52,429 nucleotides of DNA from a virus (IMGVR_UViG_3300037140_000067:1-52429); one strand, 5' to 3'. Positions 16,766 to 27,695 are shown, counted from the first letter of the stretch. The notes: a model not told the origin generated them from the sequence alone. Translations and numbers: made by a program.

Positions 16766-17953
16766 ATGCCCGATCCGACTTATGGCAGTGATCTACAAGC
16801 GAGCACGCTGGACGACCTCGTTCTTGGCGTTGCCTACGACAACTTTTTTGTGGACGACCCCAAGCTCGAATGGATGCGGACGATAGGCGTCGTCAACCCG
16901 TTCGACGGTGGCGTTCTCAGGCGCTACCCGACCATCATGAACCGTCCGATGGGCGGCGCGGCGGCTCCTGGCACCACGCAGAACATCGTGCATCGCCAGC
17001 AGCTTGCCAACATCGCATTCAATATCCGCAACTACTCGACGTGGGACATGCTCGAAACGTTCTCGCTGATGGTGCAGAACCGGGGCGAGGCGAAGCGTGC
17101 GGACCTGATGGACATTTACGCTCAGTCGCACATCAAGGCCATCAACACGGATGTGGGCACGGACTCCTTCCACCACGGCCAGTCTCCGGTTGCCGGGTAC
17201 ATCACCGACGACGGCTCCGAGCGCGTCAACGGCGACGATGAGGCGATGAATAACGGCCTCGATCCGGGCTGGTACGGCAACGTCTACACGACCTACGGCA
17301 ACCAGGCCCGCAACGGTGCGGTGATGAACACGCTGAACTCGACGCCCATCTGGTATGGCAACCCGGACGGGACTTGCGCTTCATTCTCGGTCGAGCGGTT
17401 CATCCTGCACATCCGGTCATGCAAGCGGTACGGGTCGGACGACTTCATCGGCATCTCCTCGGTTGAGGGCATCTCGTACATCGCCTCCGCTCTCCAGCGC
17501 CAGCAACGGCTGGTGGACTGGAAGATTGAGGAAACCTGCCCCGACTTCACCGGCATCGGCTTCATGGGCTGCATGTTCTACGAGAGCGCACTGGCTCCGG
17601 GACGTGCATGGGCCGCAACGCTTCCGCCTGACATCTCGGCCACGTCGAACGCGACCGATACTGCCGGAACGAGCACCGCCGGCCAGCCGTACAGCTTCAC
17701 ATCGCCGGCGACTTGCACGGCACTGAGCGGCATTCCGGCCAGCACGCAGATTTCGGTAGGCGAGCCGCTGTTCGTCTACGCAGGGTCGAGCATTGAATAC
17801 TGGCCGACGACCGAGCCGGAGTTCTTCTTCGGGGTGCGCCGCAATCAGGTGTACAACTCGAACTCGCTGGATGCGTACATCGTCAACCTCGGCCTGAACA
17901 TGTCTTATACGATGCCGAGAAAGAACAGACTTGGCTATGGTTTTGCATCATAA
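16766..17953 (+). CDS. Major capsid protein
   Basis: 395 aa after the scaffold; strong TAAGGAG RBS; N-terminal STL...DNFF...P.L...GG pattern of HK97-fold MCPs. Confidence 0.82.
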   Translation: MPDPTYGSDLQASTLDDLVLGVAYDNFFVDDPKLEWMRTIGVVNPFDGGVLRRYPTIMNRPMGGAAAPGTTQNIVHRQQLANIAFNIRNYSTWDMLETFSLMVQNRGEAKRADLMDIYAQSHIKAINTDVGTDSFHHGQSPVAGYITDDGSERVNGDDEAMNNGLDPGWYGNVYTTYGNQARNGAVMNTLNSTPIWYGNPDGTCASFSVERFILHIRSCKRYGSDDFIGISSVEGISYIASALQRQQRLVDWKIEETCPDFTGIGFMGCMFYESALAPGRAWAATLPPDISATSNATDTAGTSTAGQPYSFTSPATCTALSGIPASTQISVGEPLFVYAGSSIEYWPTTEPEFFFGVRRNQVYNSNSLDAYIVNLGLNMSYTMPRKNRLGYGFAS

Positions 17954-17984
17954 GGACTTACGCCTCATTGGTTAGGAGCTAGAC

Positions 17985-18884
17985 ATGGTAAAGGGAATCA
18001 CATTCACGAGCTACATTCCGACTTCACTGGTGGGTGTCAATTCGCCTTCGCCTACCCTCGCGGCGGAAACCGTTACTGGGTTGCCGATTCCCACCGGAGC
18101 ATTCCCCGGCAACGTCTTTTACTTGAGTGAGTCTCAAGCGAATCAAGTTTCGCTGGTTTCCGTCAACAGTGCTCCCAAAAAGACCTGTCATGCCGGCTGG
18201 TACGCGGTGGTGCAGGTTGACGCTGGCGCGACGGCTGCGAACATCGTGCAGGGTGCCATCGGCGCGATGCTGGCGATTCCCACCACGTCGGCGGTAGAGA
18301 ATGCCGCAGTGTCTCCGCAGGCGATTGTGACGGATGGAGCAACGGCTGCAACTGCCAGTTTGCTTGGCATCAATCCGGTCGTTTTCCTGAACGCGGTGAC
18401 GCCGGGTAACTACACCATCGTCCAGGTGGACGGCGATGCTCACGTGCTGTTGGCCGCAAGCCAGACGACCGTGATCGGCTCGGCGCTACTGTCGGCTACT
18501 CCCGGCGTTGCGAATGCTGGAGGCTCGACGGCTCTCACTGCCGCGAACATTTACAGCGTGATCGGGTTGGCGGAGCAGGTTCGGATTACTCCCGCCGCTG
18601 CCCTGGTGCTTACGTCGGTAGCGGCTTCGAGTGGCGGCTCTGCCGTGTACACCGGCACCATCACGGGAGGCACCTCGCCCAACTTCGTTGGCCTCAACTT
18701 CGTGATCGCCGGCTTCGCCAAGGGCTCGAACAACTCTCCGCCGGAGGGGTTCGTTTGCACGGCTTGCAGTACTACGACTCTGACGTTGAGCAACCCCAAC
18801 GCTCTTGCCGAGACGCACGCAGGCACGGCAACCTCGTCGAATCTCGTGCGAGCGCAACTCAGCCCACTGTTCGGTGTGGTGTAA
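17985..18884 (+). CDS. Capsid cement/decoration protein with added beta domain
   Basis: Follows the MCP; YAVVQVD...AVTPGNYTIVQVDG; A/T/G-rich. Confidence 0.6.
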   Translation: MVKGITFTSYIPTSLVGVNSPSPTLAAETVTGLPIPTGAFPGNVFYLSESQANQVSLVSVNSAPKKTCHAGWYAVVQVDAGATAANIVQGAIGAMLAIPTTSAVENAAVSPQAIVTDGATAATASLLGINPVVFLNAVTPGNYTIVQVDGDAHVLLAASQTTVIGSALLSATPGVANAGGSTALTAANIYSVIGLAEQVRITPAAALVLTSVAASSGGSAVYTGTITGGTSPNFVGLNFVIAGFAKGSNNSPPEGFVCTACSTTTLTLSNPNALAETHAGTATSSNLVRAQLSPLFGVV

Positions 18885-18893
18885 GGAGAAAGC

Positions 18894-19418
18894 ATGTCGG
18901 ACAAGACGGTTATTGGCGTCGATCCAGTCAACGGGCGAAGCAAACTCACTTACGTCGACCACGCTGGCCCCGCGTCCTACGCCACAGGCGGGGAAGTGTG
19001 GCCGCAGCAAAGCTCGCTGGGTGGCCCGAACTCGGTTGGCCTGAGCGATATTGCGTGGTGCAACGGCGGGTACACGGAAGACGGGCTGTACTTCGTCGTG
19101 CCGGTCTTCGGTGGCGTCGGCTCACTCAAGGGGTCGATCAAACTCAAGTGGTTTGTAGCCGGATCGGGCGGAACGTTTACAGGAACTCCCGCCACTCTGA
19201 CTCTTCCCATTGGTGCGGGTGCGGCGACCGATGCCGTTGGCACGTCGGGTGCGTCTGGTACCGTGACGCTAGGGAATGGGACGGGAGCCTGCACAGTCAA
19301 CCTCAACGCTTTCACCCCGGCCGGAACGATTGCAGGAGCGGTGGGTGGCTTGACGGAAGTTACTGCTGCGGTCAATCTGAGCGCATCGTACCTACGTCTC
19401 GCTGTTCTCGGCGGATAG
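18894..19418 (+). CDS. Virion structural protein (174 aa)
   Basis: AAGGAG RBS; SYATGGE...EVTAAVNLS pattern. Confidence 0.65.
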   Translation: MSDKTVIGVDPVNGRSKLTYVDHAGPASYATGGEVWPQQSSLGGPNSVGLSDIAWCNGGYTEDGLYFVVPVFGGVGSLKGSIKLKWFVAGSGGTFTGTPATLTLPIGAGAATDAVGTSGASGTVTLGNGTGACTVNLNAFTPAGTIAGAVGGLTEVTAAVNLSASYLRLAVLGG

Positions 19419-19437
19419 CGGCACACAACGGCAGTAC

Positions 19438-19470
19438 CGAGGCCGCCTCTTGTGGGCGGCTTCGTTGTTT
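19438..19470 (+). terminator. Terminator/attenuator after the capsid genes
   Basis: GAGGCCGCC/GGCGGCTTC stem plus GTTGTTT. Confidence 0.65.
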
Positions 19471-19478
19471 GAGGGCTC

Positions 19479-20507
19479 ATGGCACTGCAAGACATGATCG
19501 GCGAGCTCCAGGGGTCGGTTCCGAATCAGGATGCCGCCCTCGCTCGCACGCTTCTGAATGAGGCATACGAGGACGTGCGCCGTCTCGGCGGCTGGTCGTG
19601 GCAACTTGCTCAGACCGGATTCACCGTGCCGGGGCTGCTGGGCACGGGGACGGTCACGCTCCAGTTTGGCATCGCTACGGTCATTGGGGACGCCAACGCG
19701 AGCGCGGCATGGCTCACGGCCTCGCAGTATGGCTCGCTCATCACGCAACGGCAGTTCCGCTCGGGGGGAACGTCTGGGGCCGGCACCATGTACGACATCA
19801 TCGCCATCGACCTCACGGTGCCCACGGCTGCGGTCATTACGCTGGACAGGCCATTCTCCGATCCCCTGACCTCGCTGGTGCTTCCGGTGACTGGGCAGAA
19901 ATATTCGATCTACCAGCCGTACATCGTCGCTCCGTGCAAGGATTTCTCGCGCTGGCTGACGGTGTACGACATTGCGAACTCTGGGTGGCTGTTCACTCGC
20001 GGCGACCGGAGAGCGATTCCGGGGCCGGGTAGCGATCCCCAGCGGCAAATCTTCTCCAACCCCGACCGCCTGCTGGGGCTGGGTCAGGATAGCCGTGTGG
20101 GATCCTCTACGGCGGGCTGGGAGCGGTACGAGCTTTGGCCGGGGCCGCAGAATCAGTATCTCTATCAGGCATGGTTCCTCCGGTCAGGCCCTGACCTCGT
20201 AAACATGACCGACACGCTCCCAGTGGGCATCCCCGAGAGCATGGTGAAGGCCAAGGCGCGGGTCAGGTGCTACGAGCAGCAGGAGATGAACAAAGACCCT
20301 CAGACGCCTCGCGGCATGGGCTCCGACTTCCGCTGGGGCGTCGGCGCGGCCCTCGCGCAGTATGAGCGGGAACTGAAGTTCGCACGGTTGCGCGACCGGG
20401 ATAAGGTAAACGTGTTCTTCACGACAATGAAGCGGTATCGCGGTGGCCCCGCTCCAACCACATTCGATTCGGCAACAGGAGCCATCCTGAGTCAGGTAGG
20501 AATTTGA
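19479..20507 (+). CDS. Head-tail adaptor protein (putative)
   Basis: LLNEAYEDV...WSW at the N-terminus and YELWPGP...Y, typical of podoviral adaptors. Confidence 0.65.
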   Translation: MALQDMIGELQGSVPNQDAALARTLLNEAYEDVRRLGGWSWQLAQTGFTVPGLLGTGTVTLQFGIATVIGDANASAAWLTASQYGSLITQRQFRSGGTSGAGTMYDIIAIDLTVPTAAVITLDRPFSDPLTSLVLPVTGQKYSIYQPYIVAPCKDFSRWLTVYDIANSGWLFTRGDRRAIPGPGSDPQRQIFSNPDRLLGLGQDSRVGSSTAGWERYELWPGPQNQYLYQAWFLRSGPDLVNMTDTLPVGIPESMVKAKARVRCYEQQEMNKDPQTPRGMGSDFRWGVGAALAQYERELKFARLRDRDKVNVFFTTMKRYRGGPAPTTFDSATGAILSQVGI

Positions 20508-23500
20508 TGAAGCGAATCGCACTATGGCTGTCCCTCTTGATGCTCCCGCTTGCCGCTCACGCGCAGACAGACACCATTCAGGGCGCATGCACGCAGGAAG
20601 GCGTCACGGCTTCTTTGTCGGGCATCCCGTCGACCAACCGGCTTGACGGCATCATCCCCGGCTGTATTGTGACGGTGTACCTCACGGGCACGACGACGAA
20701 GGCGACGATCTACGCAGACGGGTCGCTCACCCCGCTGCTAAACCCATTCACGGCGGACGTGGCTCCGGCGTCGAACTTTCCCGGCAAGTGGATATTCTGG
20801 GCAGCGACGGGCACGGGGTACGATGTGGTGATGAGTGGTGGGGGAGGCAACCCCTCCTGCACGACGGCTCTGCTTTGCTATGCCCATCCGCGGACATTGA
20901 CAGACGTGAAGGTAGGCGGAGGCGGCGGGGGCGGCGGCGTCACTCAGATCGTCGCAGGGGCTAATATAATAATCGCTCCCTCCAACGGTCTTGGAACGGT
21001 GACGATCAGTTCGACAGGTAGCGGCAATCTTCCGGCTGGCACCGGGCTTGTGGGCGTAGCGGGCGGAACGGGTGTGCTGAATAGCGCCGCAAACCCGGCA
21101 CCCACTTTGAATCTATCTGGAGCCGCACCAGCCACAAACGGCGGGCAAATCAGTCAGTCCACCAGTTACTATGGCTGCAACGGCCTCGGGTTCTCTCTCG
21201 GGTACGGTGGGACATCGGCCCAGGGTTGGACAATTTGCAAAACACATGATGACACCTTCAACATATCGCAGCCGGGAATCCATCAAAATCACAGTGTCTT
21301 TATGGATCAGGCGGCAAACGGAGACACCGACATAACCGCCGAATATTTGACAGCTTTCGGCGGAAATACTGCGAATAGCGATGAAGCAGTCATTGGGCAC
21401 CTGATGCACGTTTATCAGCGTGGGTTCGTTTCGGGTCTCGTGACTGGAGGCGCATCCACCGGGTCTTCTATGATCACGGCGGGGACCTTAGCTTGCACCG
21501 GGAAATGCGATGAGTCGTTTAGTGGTGGCCTGTTCTCCCCCGGAGGAATGCTGCTCGATACTCACGCGGCTGGAATAACAGCAACTATTGTAGGCTGCGC
21601 TACCCCTATCTCGAACATTGGATGTGCAGCCAGTGCAACCGGACTGAATGGGATGTACTACGACATTAGCGGAGCGACTGTCACGCCCTCGACCGCATGG
21701 GGCAACATCGTTCCCAGCAGTTGCACAGTTCGCAGCGCCAGCTTATACCAAGTTCTTCAGTCGATGACTTGCACCATCACGCTCGGATCAGGATCAGGAC
21801 ACTTCGCCGCGACGAGCGCCCACATTCAACTGAGCGGGCCTTTTCAGGAAGAGTCAATCGTTACGGCAGTCACCCCTGGAAGCGGCACCGATTCGGTAAC
21901 TTTCACATCGCGGTATGCGTGGGACAACTCCAACGGAAACACGAATGGTGCTTTGGTTATGCAGGGCGGACCCGGAGGACAGGCACTCATTCTAGCCGGT
22001 ACGCAGACTTCGGCCCCGATAGCTTATCAGGTAGTAGGCGCTACTTCATCGACCAGGGTTTACTTCTCGAATTGCGTGGAAGGGCAGTGCAACGGAATTC
22101 AGAGCAGCAATTTTATTACCCCAGAGAACGGAACATTATTCAACAGCGGAACTCTCACGCGGACTACTCATGTAGTTACGCTGAGCGTCACGGGCGGAGG
22201 AGCACAGTCCATATATCTTCTCCCTGCCGGGACAAGTATCGTCGTCAGCGGTGCGGGTGACGCCACATTCGACGGCACGTTTACAGTTGTTAGCAACACA
22301 ATGGATCGTTTCAACCCGGTTATTACTTGGGCGCAGACAGCGACGGACTCGACGACTACGACTTTCAACGCTACCGGAGTCAAGCCACAGATTACCTTTT
22401 ATCCGATGGCGTTCATTACCGGCACGAATAATGGGCTGGTCGGAGTTGCCCAGCTAGGGACCAACTCAGTGCCATTCGCCAACGGAGATTCGGTTGTCAG
22501 CGCCCCAACGTCTCAGTTCCAGTCAAAAGGCTTCGAGGTAAATTCGGGGCAGATGACGCCCAACAGTCCAGGCTACAACTCAAACCAAGTTCAAGTCTTC
22601 GACGCGGGTCCTAGCCCTCCGTTCTCTCAGTACTACGCCTCCAATCCAAGGGCAAACGCACCGGGATATGTAGGGCAGAATATGTTTTACTCCAATGGGG
22701 CGTATGCGAACTTTTTCAATTTCAACTTCCGTCCTGCCAACAATGGGGCTTTGATCAACGTAATCGGCAACGATCCAGTGTCGGGAGCTTCGAACATCCC
22801 GTACTACCTTTTCCAAGATCAACTTGCGTCCGCGATGGGAATTATCGTAAGTCCTGCCAGTTTGACTTTTGGGATCAACGGAAATCTTAGTGTTAGCGGA
22901 ACTTGCACGGGATGCTCCTCGGTGAGCGGTTCCGATGGCGAACTTCTGTGGCGCAGTGGGGCGGCAGCTACCGGGATCACAGGCTCGAACACGAATGGCA
23001 CAGACACGATTACTATCCCGTATTTCCATGTGACGGGCGGAGATGGATTACTCGTGCAAAGCGCCTCCTCAAATTGGACGAACATGATATTTAACAACAC
23101 GACGGCGGGCGGTAAGAATTGGCAAATAGGCTCTGGCGGGTCGGGCGGGACGCCAACGACTACGGGAACATTTGCGATTGAAGACAATACGGATGGCACG
23201 TTGATACAAGTATGGGGAAGCAATTATTCAATATTCAACTTTCCGGTAACTGCCCCACAGATAAGCATCATAGGAAACGTGACAACCAGCACTCCAGCGC
23301 AGCTTTCTATGACTGCTCTTTCTGGGCATCCACCTGTGCCTGCGGCTGGCAGTGCTGTCTATGGAGTCGATACATCAGGGAACGCGGAAGTTTCGGAGAA
23401 CGGAGCGGCGGTCTCGCTCTTATGCACGGTGGCGAACGGGCGGTGCCCGGGCAGTCCATCCGTTGGAACCGCTGGTCAGATGCAGAAGGTAGGAGCGACT

Positions 23501-24097
23501 TCGGGTTCCTTTGCTGCGTCAAGCTGCACAGATAATGGGACGAACGTAACCTGCACCGAGCCTCAGGTTATCAATGCCCCCGGCGCAAGTCAGACGGTGT
23601 ACACCTACAACTCAACGCCGATTGTACCTGCCAGCGGAAGCGCGGTTGTGGGAGCGGACGCATCAGGCAACTACCTCTCCGCCGACAACGGCGCGGCGGC
23701 GGCGAGAGTTTGCAACGCAACGAATGGGCAATGCACTAACGTCCACACGGACTATGCAAGCATCGCAGGAACTCTCTTTGCCACCAGCACGATGCTCGGC
23801 CCAGTCTTTGCGGAGCCGGTGACTGCTACCTACAAAACCATCATCGTCAGGATGAGCGGTTCGATCACTTGCGCGACTGCCCCGGTGGTGACGATGGAAG
23901 ACTTAGGAACGTCGCCGTCTACAGCATTTGGCAGCGTCGTGGGCAGCGTCGATTCAGTGACAACCGGAACGTCAGACGGCGTGTATCAGCACAGCGCGTC
24001 CGTCAACCTAACCCCAGGACACTACTACGGCTTCGCTTTCAGTGGCGGAGCCTGCGCAACTCCTCCAAACTTTGATATCACGGCACAGGTGCAATAA
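20507..24097 (+). CDS. Tail fibre/spike-like protein with Sec signal peptide (1196 aa)
   Basis: MKRIALWLSLLMLPLAAHA|Q, then VTVYLTGTTTKATIYAD...NPFTAD domain; G/S/T-rich; 24 Cys. Confidence 0.75.
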   Translation: MKRIALWLSLLMLPLAAHAQTDTIQGACTQEGVTASLSGIPSTNRLDGIIPGCIVTVYLTGTTTKATIYADGSLTPLLNPFTADVAPASNFPGKWIFWAATGTGYDVVMSGGGGNPSCTTALLCYAHPRTLTDVKVGGGGGGGGVTQIVAGANIIIAPSNGLGTVTISSTGSGNLPAGTGLVGVAGGTGVLNSAANPAPTLNLSGAAPATNGGQISQSTSYYGCNGLGFSLGYGGTSAQGWTICKTHDDTFNISQPGIHQNHSVFMDQAANGDTDITAEYLTAFGGNTANSDEAVIGHLMHVYQRGFVSGLVTGGASTGSSMITAGTLACTGKCDESFSGGLFSPGGMLLDTHAAGITATIVGCATPISNIGCAASATGLNGMYYDISGATVTPSTAWGNIVPSSCTVRSASLYQVLQSMTCTITLGSGSGHFAATSAHIQLSGPFQEESIVTAVTPGSGTDSVTFTSRYAWDNSNGNTNGALVMQGGPGGQALILAGTQTSAPIAYQVVGATSSTRVYFSNCVEGQCNGIQSSNFITPENGTLFNSGTLTRTTHVVTLSVTGGGAQSIYLLPAGTSIVVSGAGDATFDGTFTVVSNTMDRFNPVITWAQTATDSTTTTFNATGVKPQITFYPMAFITGTNNGLVGVAQLGTNSVPFANGDSVVSAPTSQFQSKGFEVNSGQMTPNSPGYNSNQVQVFDAGPSPPFSQYYASNPRANAPGYVGQNMFYSNGAYANFFNFNFRPANNGALINVIGNDPVSGASNIPYYLFQDQLASAMGIIVSPASLTFGINGNLSVSGTCTGCSSVSGSDGELLWRSGAAATGITGSNTNGTDTITIPYFHVTGGDGLLVQSASSNWTNMIFNNTTAGGKNWQIGSGGSGGTPTTTGTFAIEDNTDGTLIQVWGSNYSIFNFPVTAPQISIIGNVTTSTPAQLSMTALSGHPPVPAAGSAVYGVDTSGNAEVSENGAAVSLLCTVANGRCPGSPSVGTAGQMQKVGATSGSFAASSCTDNGTNVTCTEPQVINAPGASQTVYTYNSTPIVPASGSAVVGADASGNYLSADNGAAAARVCNATNGQCTNVHTDYASIAGTLFATSTMLGPVFAEPVTATYKTIIVRMSGSITCATAPVVTMEDLGTSPSTAFGSVVGSVDSVTTGTSDGVYQHSASVNLTPGHYYGFAFSGGACATPPNFDITAQVQ

Positions 24098-24615
24098 TGA
24101 AAATTTATACGTGGCTTGTTTCAAAACCGTTCGGAGGGTGGCTCGTAGTCGCGGCAGTTGCCATATTGCTCCTTCTCTGGAGCGCGGCTGGTTTCGCGCA
24201 GACTCCCGCCAACGCTGTGCTTGTCGGTGCGGAGGGCATCACCATCACCGCTTGCTCGACGACGGCATGCACTTATCAGTTTGGCGCCGGCGCGAAGTTC
24301 AACACGGTTGCTGGGGCCAAGTACCCGTTGGTGGTCAGTTGCACATCTGCCGCGTCCTGTGCGCTGCTAGGCGGAGATCCGCTGCCCAACGTTGCCAAGA
24401 GCATCTATGCGGTCCAGCAGACGACGGCCTACACGGTGACGGTTGCGGGGAAGCCGGTGCCGATTGTGGTGCCTGCCCTGCCGCTTCCTCCACCCCCGCC
24501 TGTGACGCCAGTAAAGCAGTGGAGTTGTACGGGCGTGGTGTTGTACTCGCTGATGAGCGATGGGACGTTTCAAGTGACAAACTCTGGGGCGCTGACATGC
24601 AGGGAGACGATATGA
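24097..24615 (+). CDS. Secreted Cys-paired protein (172 aa)
   Basis: Signal peptide ending AGFA|Q; GGDPLPNVAK motif; 6 Cys. Confidence 0.7.
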   Translation: MKIYTWLVSKPFGGWLVVAAVAILLLLWSAAGFAQTPANAVLVGAEGITITACSTTACTYQFGAGAKFNTVAGAKYPLVVSCTSAASCALLGGDPLPNVAKSIYAVQQTTAYTVTVAGKPVPIVVPALPLPPPPPVTPVKQWSCTGVVLYSLMSDGTFQVTNSGALTCRETI

Positions 24616-24788
24616 AGAACCAGTTCAACCCAATCATTCGCCTGTTTCCGACCGTTGAGTCTGCCGCCGTATTCTACGCGAACCAAGCCAAACAATTGGA
24701 GGATGACTCCGCGATGGCTGTGGTCTTCCAAGCCTCCTGCGAAACGGCGGAAATGTTGCTGCGATTGCACGGGCTGGAGACTAAGTGA
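24612..24788 (+). CDS. Hypothetical protein (58 aa)
   Basis: GGAG RBS; ATGA/GTGA overlaps. Confidence 0.6.
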   Translation: MKNQFNPIIRLFPTVESAAVFYANQAKQLEDDSAMAVVFQASCETAEMLLRLHGLETK

Positions 24789-26905
24789 AGCGCCTCATCC
24801 AACTCGCGGTGCTGTTCGCGCTCGGCCTGTGCGCGGGCGCGGCCTCGGCCACGACGTGGTATGTGAACCCCACCACGGGCGGAACGCGCTACTCGGCCAG
24901 CAACCCTACGGGTCAGTGCAATGGGCAATCCGCGAGCGCTTATGTATCAGGCACGAATCAGCCATGCCCTTACAATGATCCCCGGCTGCTGTGGAACGAT
25001 CCTACCGTATACGCCAATGCTGCATGGGTATTCAGTGGCGGAGATACTGTCATCTTCTCTGGTTACGAACAGGGTACGGGGTTGACTGGACAAATTGCCG
25101 GTTCGCACTTCGCCACCGATGGCTTTTGTCTCGGACTGGGCGACTACTGTGAACCGCCTTCCATTCCGTCAGGATCCAGCGGGGCGCACACTAAGTTTAT
25201 CGGCGTAAATTGCACCACGTCCTGCTATACCACTTCCAGCAACGGATTCATCGCTCCGTTGGGTTGGCTGATACCTGACCAGACGAAGATTGAGTATCTG
25301 TTCGGTGGCGGAGGGTCCGGAGGGGTACCCATATTCCTGCTCGATTTGAGAGGTAGCCAATATGTCGACATTCAGGGGCTCGACTTCAGCGACCATTCCA
25401 GTTGCATCGCATTCGGTTCGCCGCCGCCGGCGACCTGCACAAATCCTGGGCAGGGAGTAGGAGAGGGGTTATTCACAAACAACACTTCCGGCAATATCCT
25501 ACTTCAAGATGTGCGTCTGCACGGCTTCACAGCTAGAGGACTGAAAGGTCCAATCGGCGGGCCTTGGACGGTGACGCGCACCCAGATCAACTTCAACGGG
25601 TTCGCTGGGTGGGACTTTGATGATGGCTCCGCTACTCCTGATGGGGCAGGGTCGTCCATCACGGCCAACTATTTCGTGATGACCGGAAATGGCTGCAACG
25701 AAGAATATCCGGTCACTGATTCTTATCCAGCGGCTTCCTGCTACGACTCTGCGACCGGAGGTTTCGGGGATTCGTGGAGTGGACAGGATACCAACCTGGA
25801 CGCTCTTACCTGCAATCATTGTGCCCAACTCTACAACACTAAGGATGGATTCATTGGGCCGCACACGCTCATCAAAACTCTGCTGGTTGAAAACTCCGTT
25901 TCCATCGGCAATGAAGGGCAGCAGTGGAAGTGGGGTGCGCAGGTAAACTCCTCAACCATATTTGTCAACAATCTAACAGTGGGCAACTGCAACCGCCTGA
26001 CCCAGCCGATTCCCGGCCAACCAAGCAACTACTATGCGAACCTCAATGCTGTGTGCCGCGCCGCTGGAGACGTGTTCTCTTTCTATAGTTCGGCTAACTC
26101 CACGGTGCTGTTTGCCAACAATACCGTGGTCACGTACCAGCCAACCGTCATCGATCTGAGTTGCGCAACTCCGGGGACATGCGGAACGACCCCCTATGTT
26201 TTTACGAACAATCTCTTTCTCGGATACACGCAACCCTACGGGGCGTTTCCTGGAGCCAGCGGGAACTTGCCGGGATTGTGGTACAACTCCGATTCGACTT
26301 CCATTCAAGTGCCCACATATGACCTCGAATATGGAGTTAGAAACGGTGACTGCCCGGCCGGGGGGACTGGGATTGTATGCTCTGATCCATTGTTGGCGAG
26401 TGAACCAGCGCAAGGGACGGTTCCTCCAGAAACGACGCTAGACAGCTTCAACTTCTATCCGGCATCGGGAAGTCCGGCATTAGCGGCAGGCACGACGTAC
26501 TCAGGACTCCCCGCCACTGACTACTACGGCATCACGACAACCTCTCCCCCAGTGATCGGCGCAGTGAACTACACTGGCGGCTCTCCTACCGCATCAACTC
26601 CGACCTTTAGCCCCGTAGCGGGACCCTATGGCACGGCGCAGACGGTCACGCTTTCGACAGCAACCAGTGGATGCTCGACATATCTGGTATGGAATACGAC
26701 CAACGCGCAGAGTGGCGGCAACCTTACCGGGACGAGCAGCACAAACCCACTCAGCGTGTCTACCTCAGAGACGGTTTACGCCCAAGTGCAGAGTTGCCCT
26801 AGCTACCTCAATAGTGGGGTCGCGTCGGCGGCGTATGTCATCACCGGAACTGGCGGCGGTGTAGTGAGAAAAGGCAATATAGCAGTGAGTGGTAAGGTTC
26901 AGTAG
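24785..26905 (+). CDS. Secreted parallel beta-helix protein with C-terminal chitobiase/beta-hexosaminidase-C-like domain
   Basis: Signal peptide ...AASA|TTWYV; GGDTV; NN-ladder repeats; TPTFSPVAGPYGTAQTVTLS...VASAAYVI. Confidence 0.75.
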   Translation: MKRLIQLAVLFALGLCAGAASATTWYVNPTTGGTRYSASNPTGQCNGQSASAYVSGTNQPCPYNDPRLLWNDPTVYANAAWVFSGGDTVIFSGYEQGTGLTGQIAGSHFATDGFCLGLGDYCEPPSIPSGSSGAHTKFIGVNCTTSCYTTSSNGFIAPLGWLIPDQTKIEYLFGGGGSGGVPIFLLDLRGSQYVDIQGLDFSDHSSCIAFGSPPPATCTNPGQGVGEGLFTNNTSGNILLQDVRLHGFTARGLKGPIGGPWTVTRTQINFNGFAGWDFDDGSATPDGAGSSITANYFVMTGNGCNEEYPVTDSYPAASCYDSATGGFGDSWSGQDTNLDALTCNHCAQLYNTKDGFIGPHTLIKTLLVENSVSIGNEGQQWKWGAQVNSSTIFVNNLTVGNCNRLTQPIPGQPSNYYANLNAVCRAAGDVFSFYSSANSTVLFANNTVVTYQPTVIDLSCATPGTCGTTPYVFTNNLFLGYTQPYGAFPGASGNLPGLWYNSDSTSIQVPTYDLEYGVRNGDCPAGGTGIVCSDPLLASEPAQGTVPPETTLDSFNFYPASGSPALAAGTTYSGLPATDYYGITTTSPPVIGAVNYTGGSPTASTPTFSPVAGPYGTAQTVTLSTATSGCSTYLVWNTTNAQSGGNLTGTSSTNPLSVSTSETVYAQVQSCPSYLNSGVASAAYVITGTGGGVVRKGNIAVSGKVQ

Positions 26906-26943
26906 AGCGAGTGGGGCCTGGGGGTATTTTGGCGGTGACTGAC

Positions 26944-27240
26944 ATGGACGAACGCATAATTCGGCTGGAAGAACAAAGCGCAGCCAACCATAAGCAGAAT
27001 CGGTCAGACATCCATCGCCTCTTCGATGGACAGCAAACTATGCTTGACGCCCTAACCGTGGGTTTGGATAATATCGCAGAAAAGATGAGCGGCCGATGTG
27101 GAGAGATTGAGAAGGATGTCATCGAACTGCGCCTATGGAAAGCGAAAGCAGTTGGCTACATCGCCGGGATGTCTGTTCTGGGTGGCATGGTGTTTGAAGT
27201 GGGGAAGGGACTTATAGGGAAGATGACGGGATGGCATTGA
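26944..27240 (+). CDS. Coiled-coil protein with C-terminal TM (holin/antiholin-like)
   Basis: ERIIRLEEQ...; C-terminal hydrophobic helix; immediately before the lysozyme. Confidence 0.6.
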   Translation: MDERIIRLEEQSAANHKQNRSDIHRLFDGQQTMLDALTVGLDNIAEKMSGRCGEIEKDVIELRLWKAKAVGYIAGMSVLGGMVFEVGKGLIGKMTGWH

Positions 27241-27695
27241 TGACCACATCCAAGAATGGGCGCTTGCTGATCGAATCGCTTGAAGGACTCGAATTGGTAG
27301 CATATCCAGACCAGCGCGGGATCTGGACAATCGGTTTCGGTCACGTTGACCCAGCGGTGGTGAAGAAAGGTCTGACTTGTACCGAGGCCGAGGCTGATGC
27401 GTGGCTGGCGTTGGACTTGCATACGGCCGAGAGCGCGGTAAATCGACTCGTCAAGGCTCCACTGACCCAGAATCAGTTCGACGCCCTAGTGAGTCTGACT
27501 TTCAACATTGGGCAAGGGAACTTCCTCGAATCGACCGTGCTGAAGAAGTTGAATCTGACCATCCCTACCGACTATGCGGGGGCGGCGGATGCTATTTTGA
27601 TGTGGAATCGCACGGCCGGTGAGGTAAATCCGGGTCTGATGCGTCGGCGGGAAGCAGAAAAGGCGCTCTTTATGACCGCTGAAGGCGTAATATGA
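27231..27695 (+). CDS. Endolysin, GH24 phage lysozyme
   Basis: E-x8-D-x5-T catalytic motif (EGLELVAYPDQRGIWTIGFGH), QNQFDALVSLTFNIG, GLMRRREAE. Confidence 0.95.
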   Translation: MALMTTSKNGRLLIESLEGLELVAYPDQRGIWTIGFGHVDPAVVKKGLTCTEAEADAWLALDLHTAESAVNRLVKAPLTQNQFDALVSLTFNIGQGNFLESTVLKKLNLTIPTDYAGAADAILMWNRTAGEVNPGLMRRREAEKALFMTAEGVI

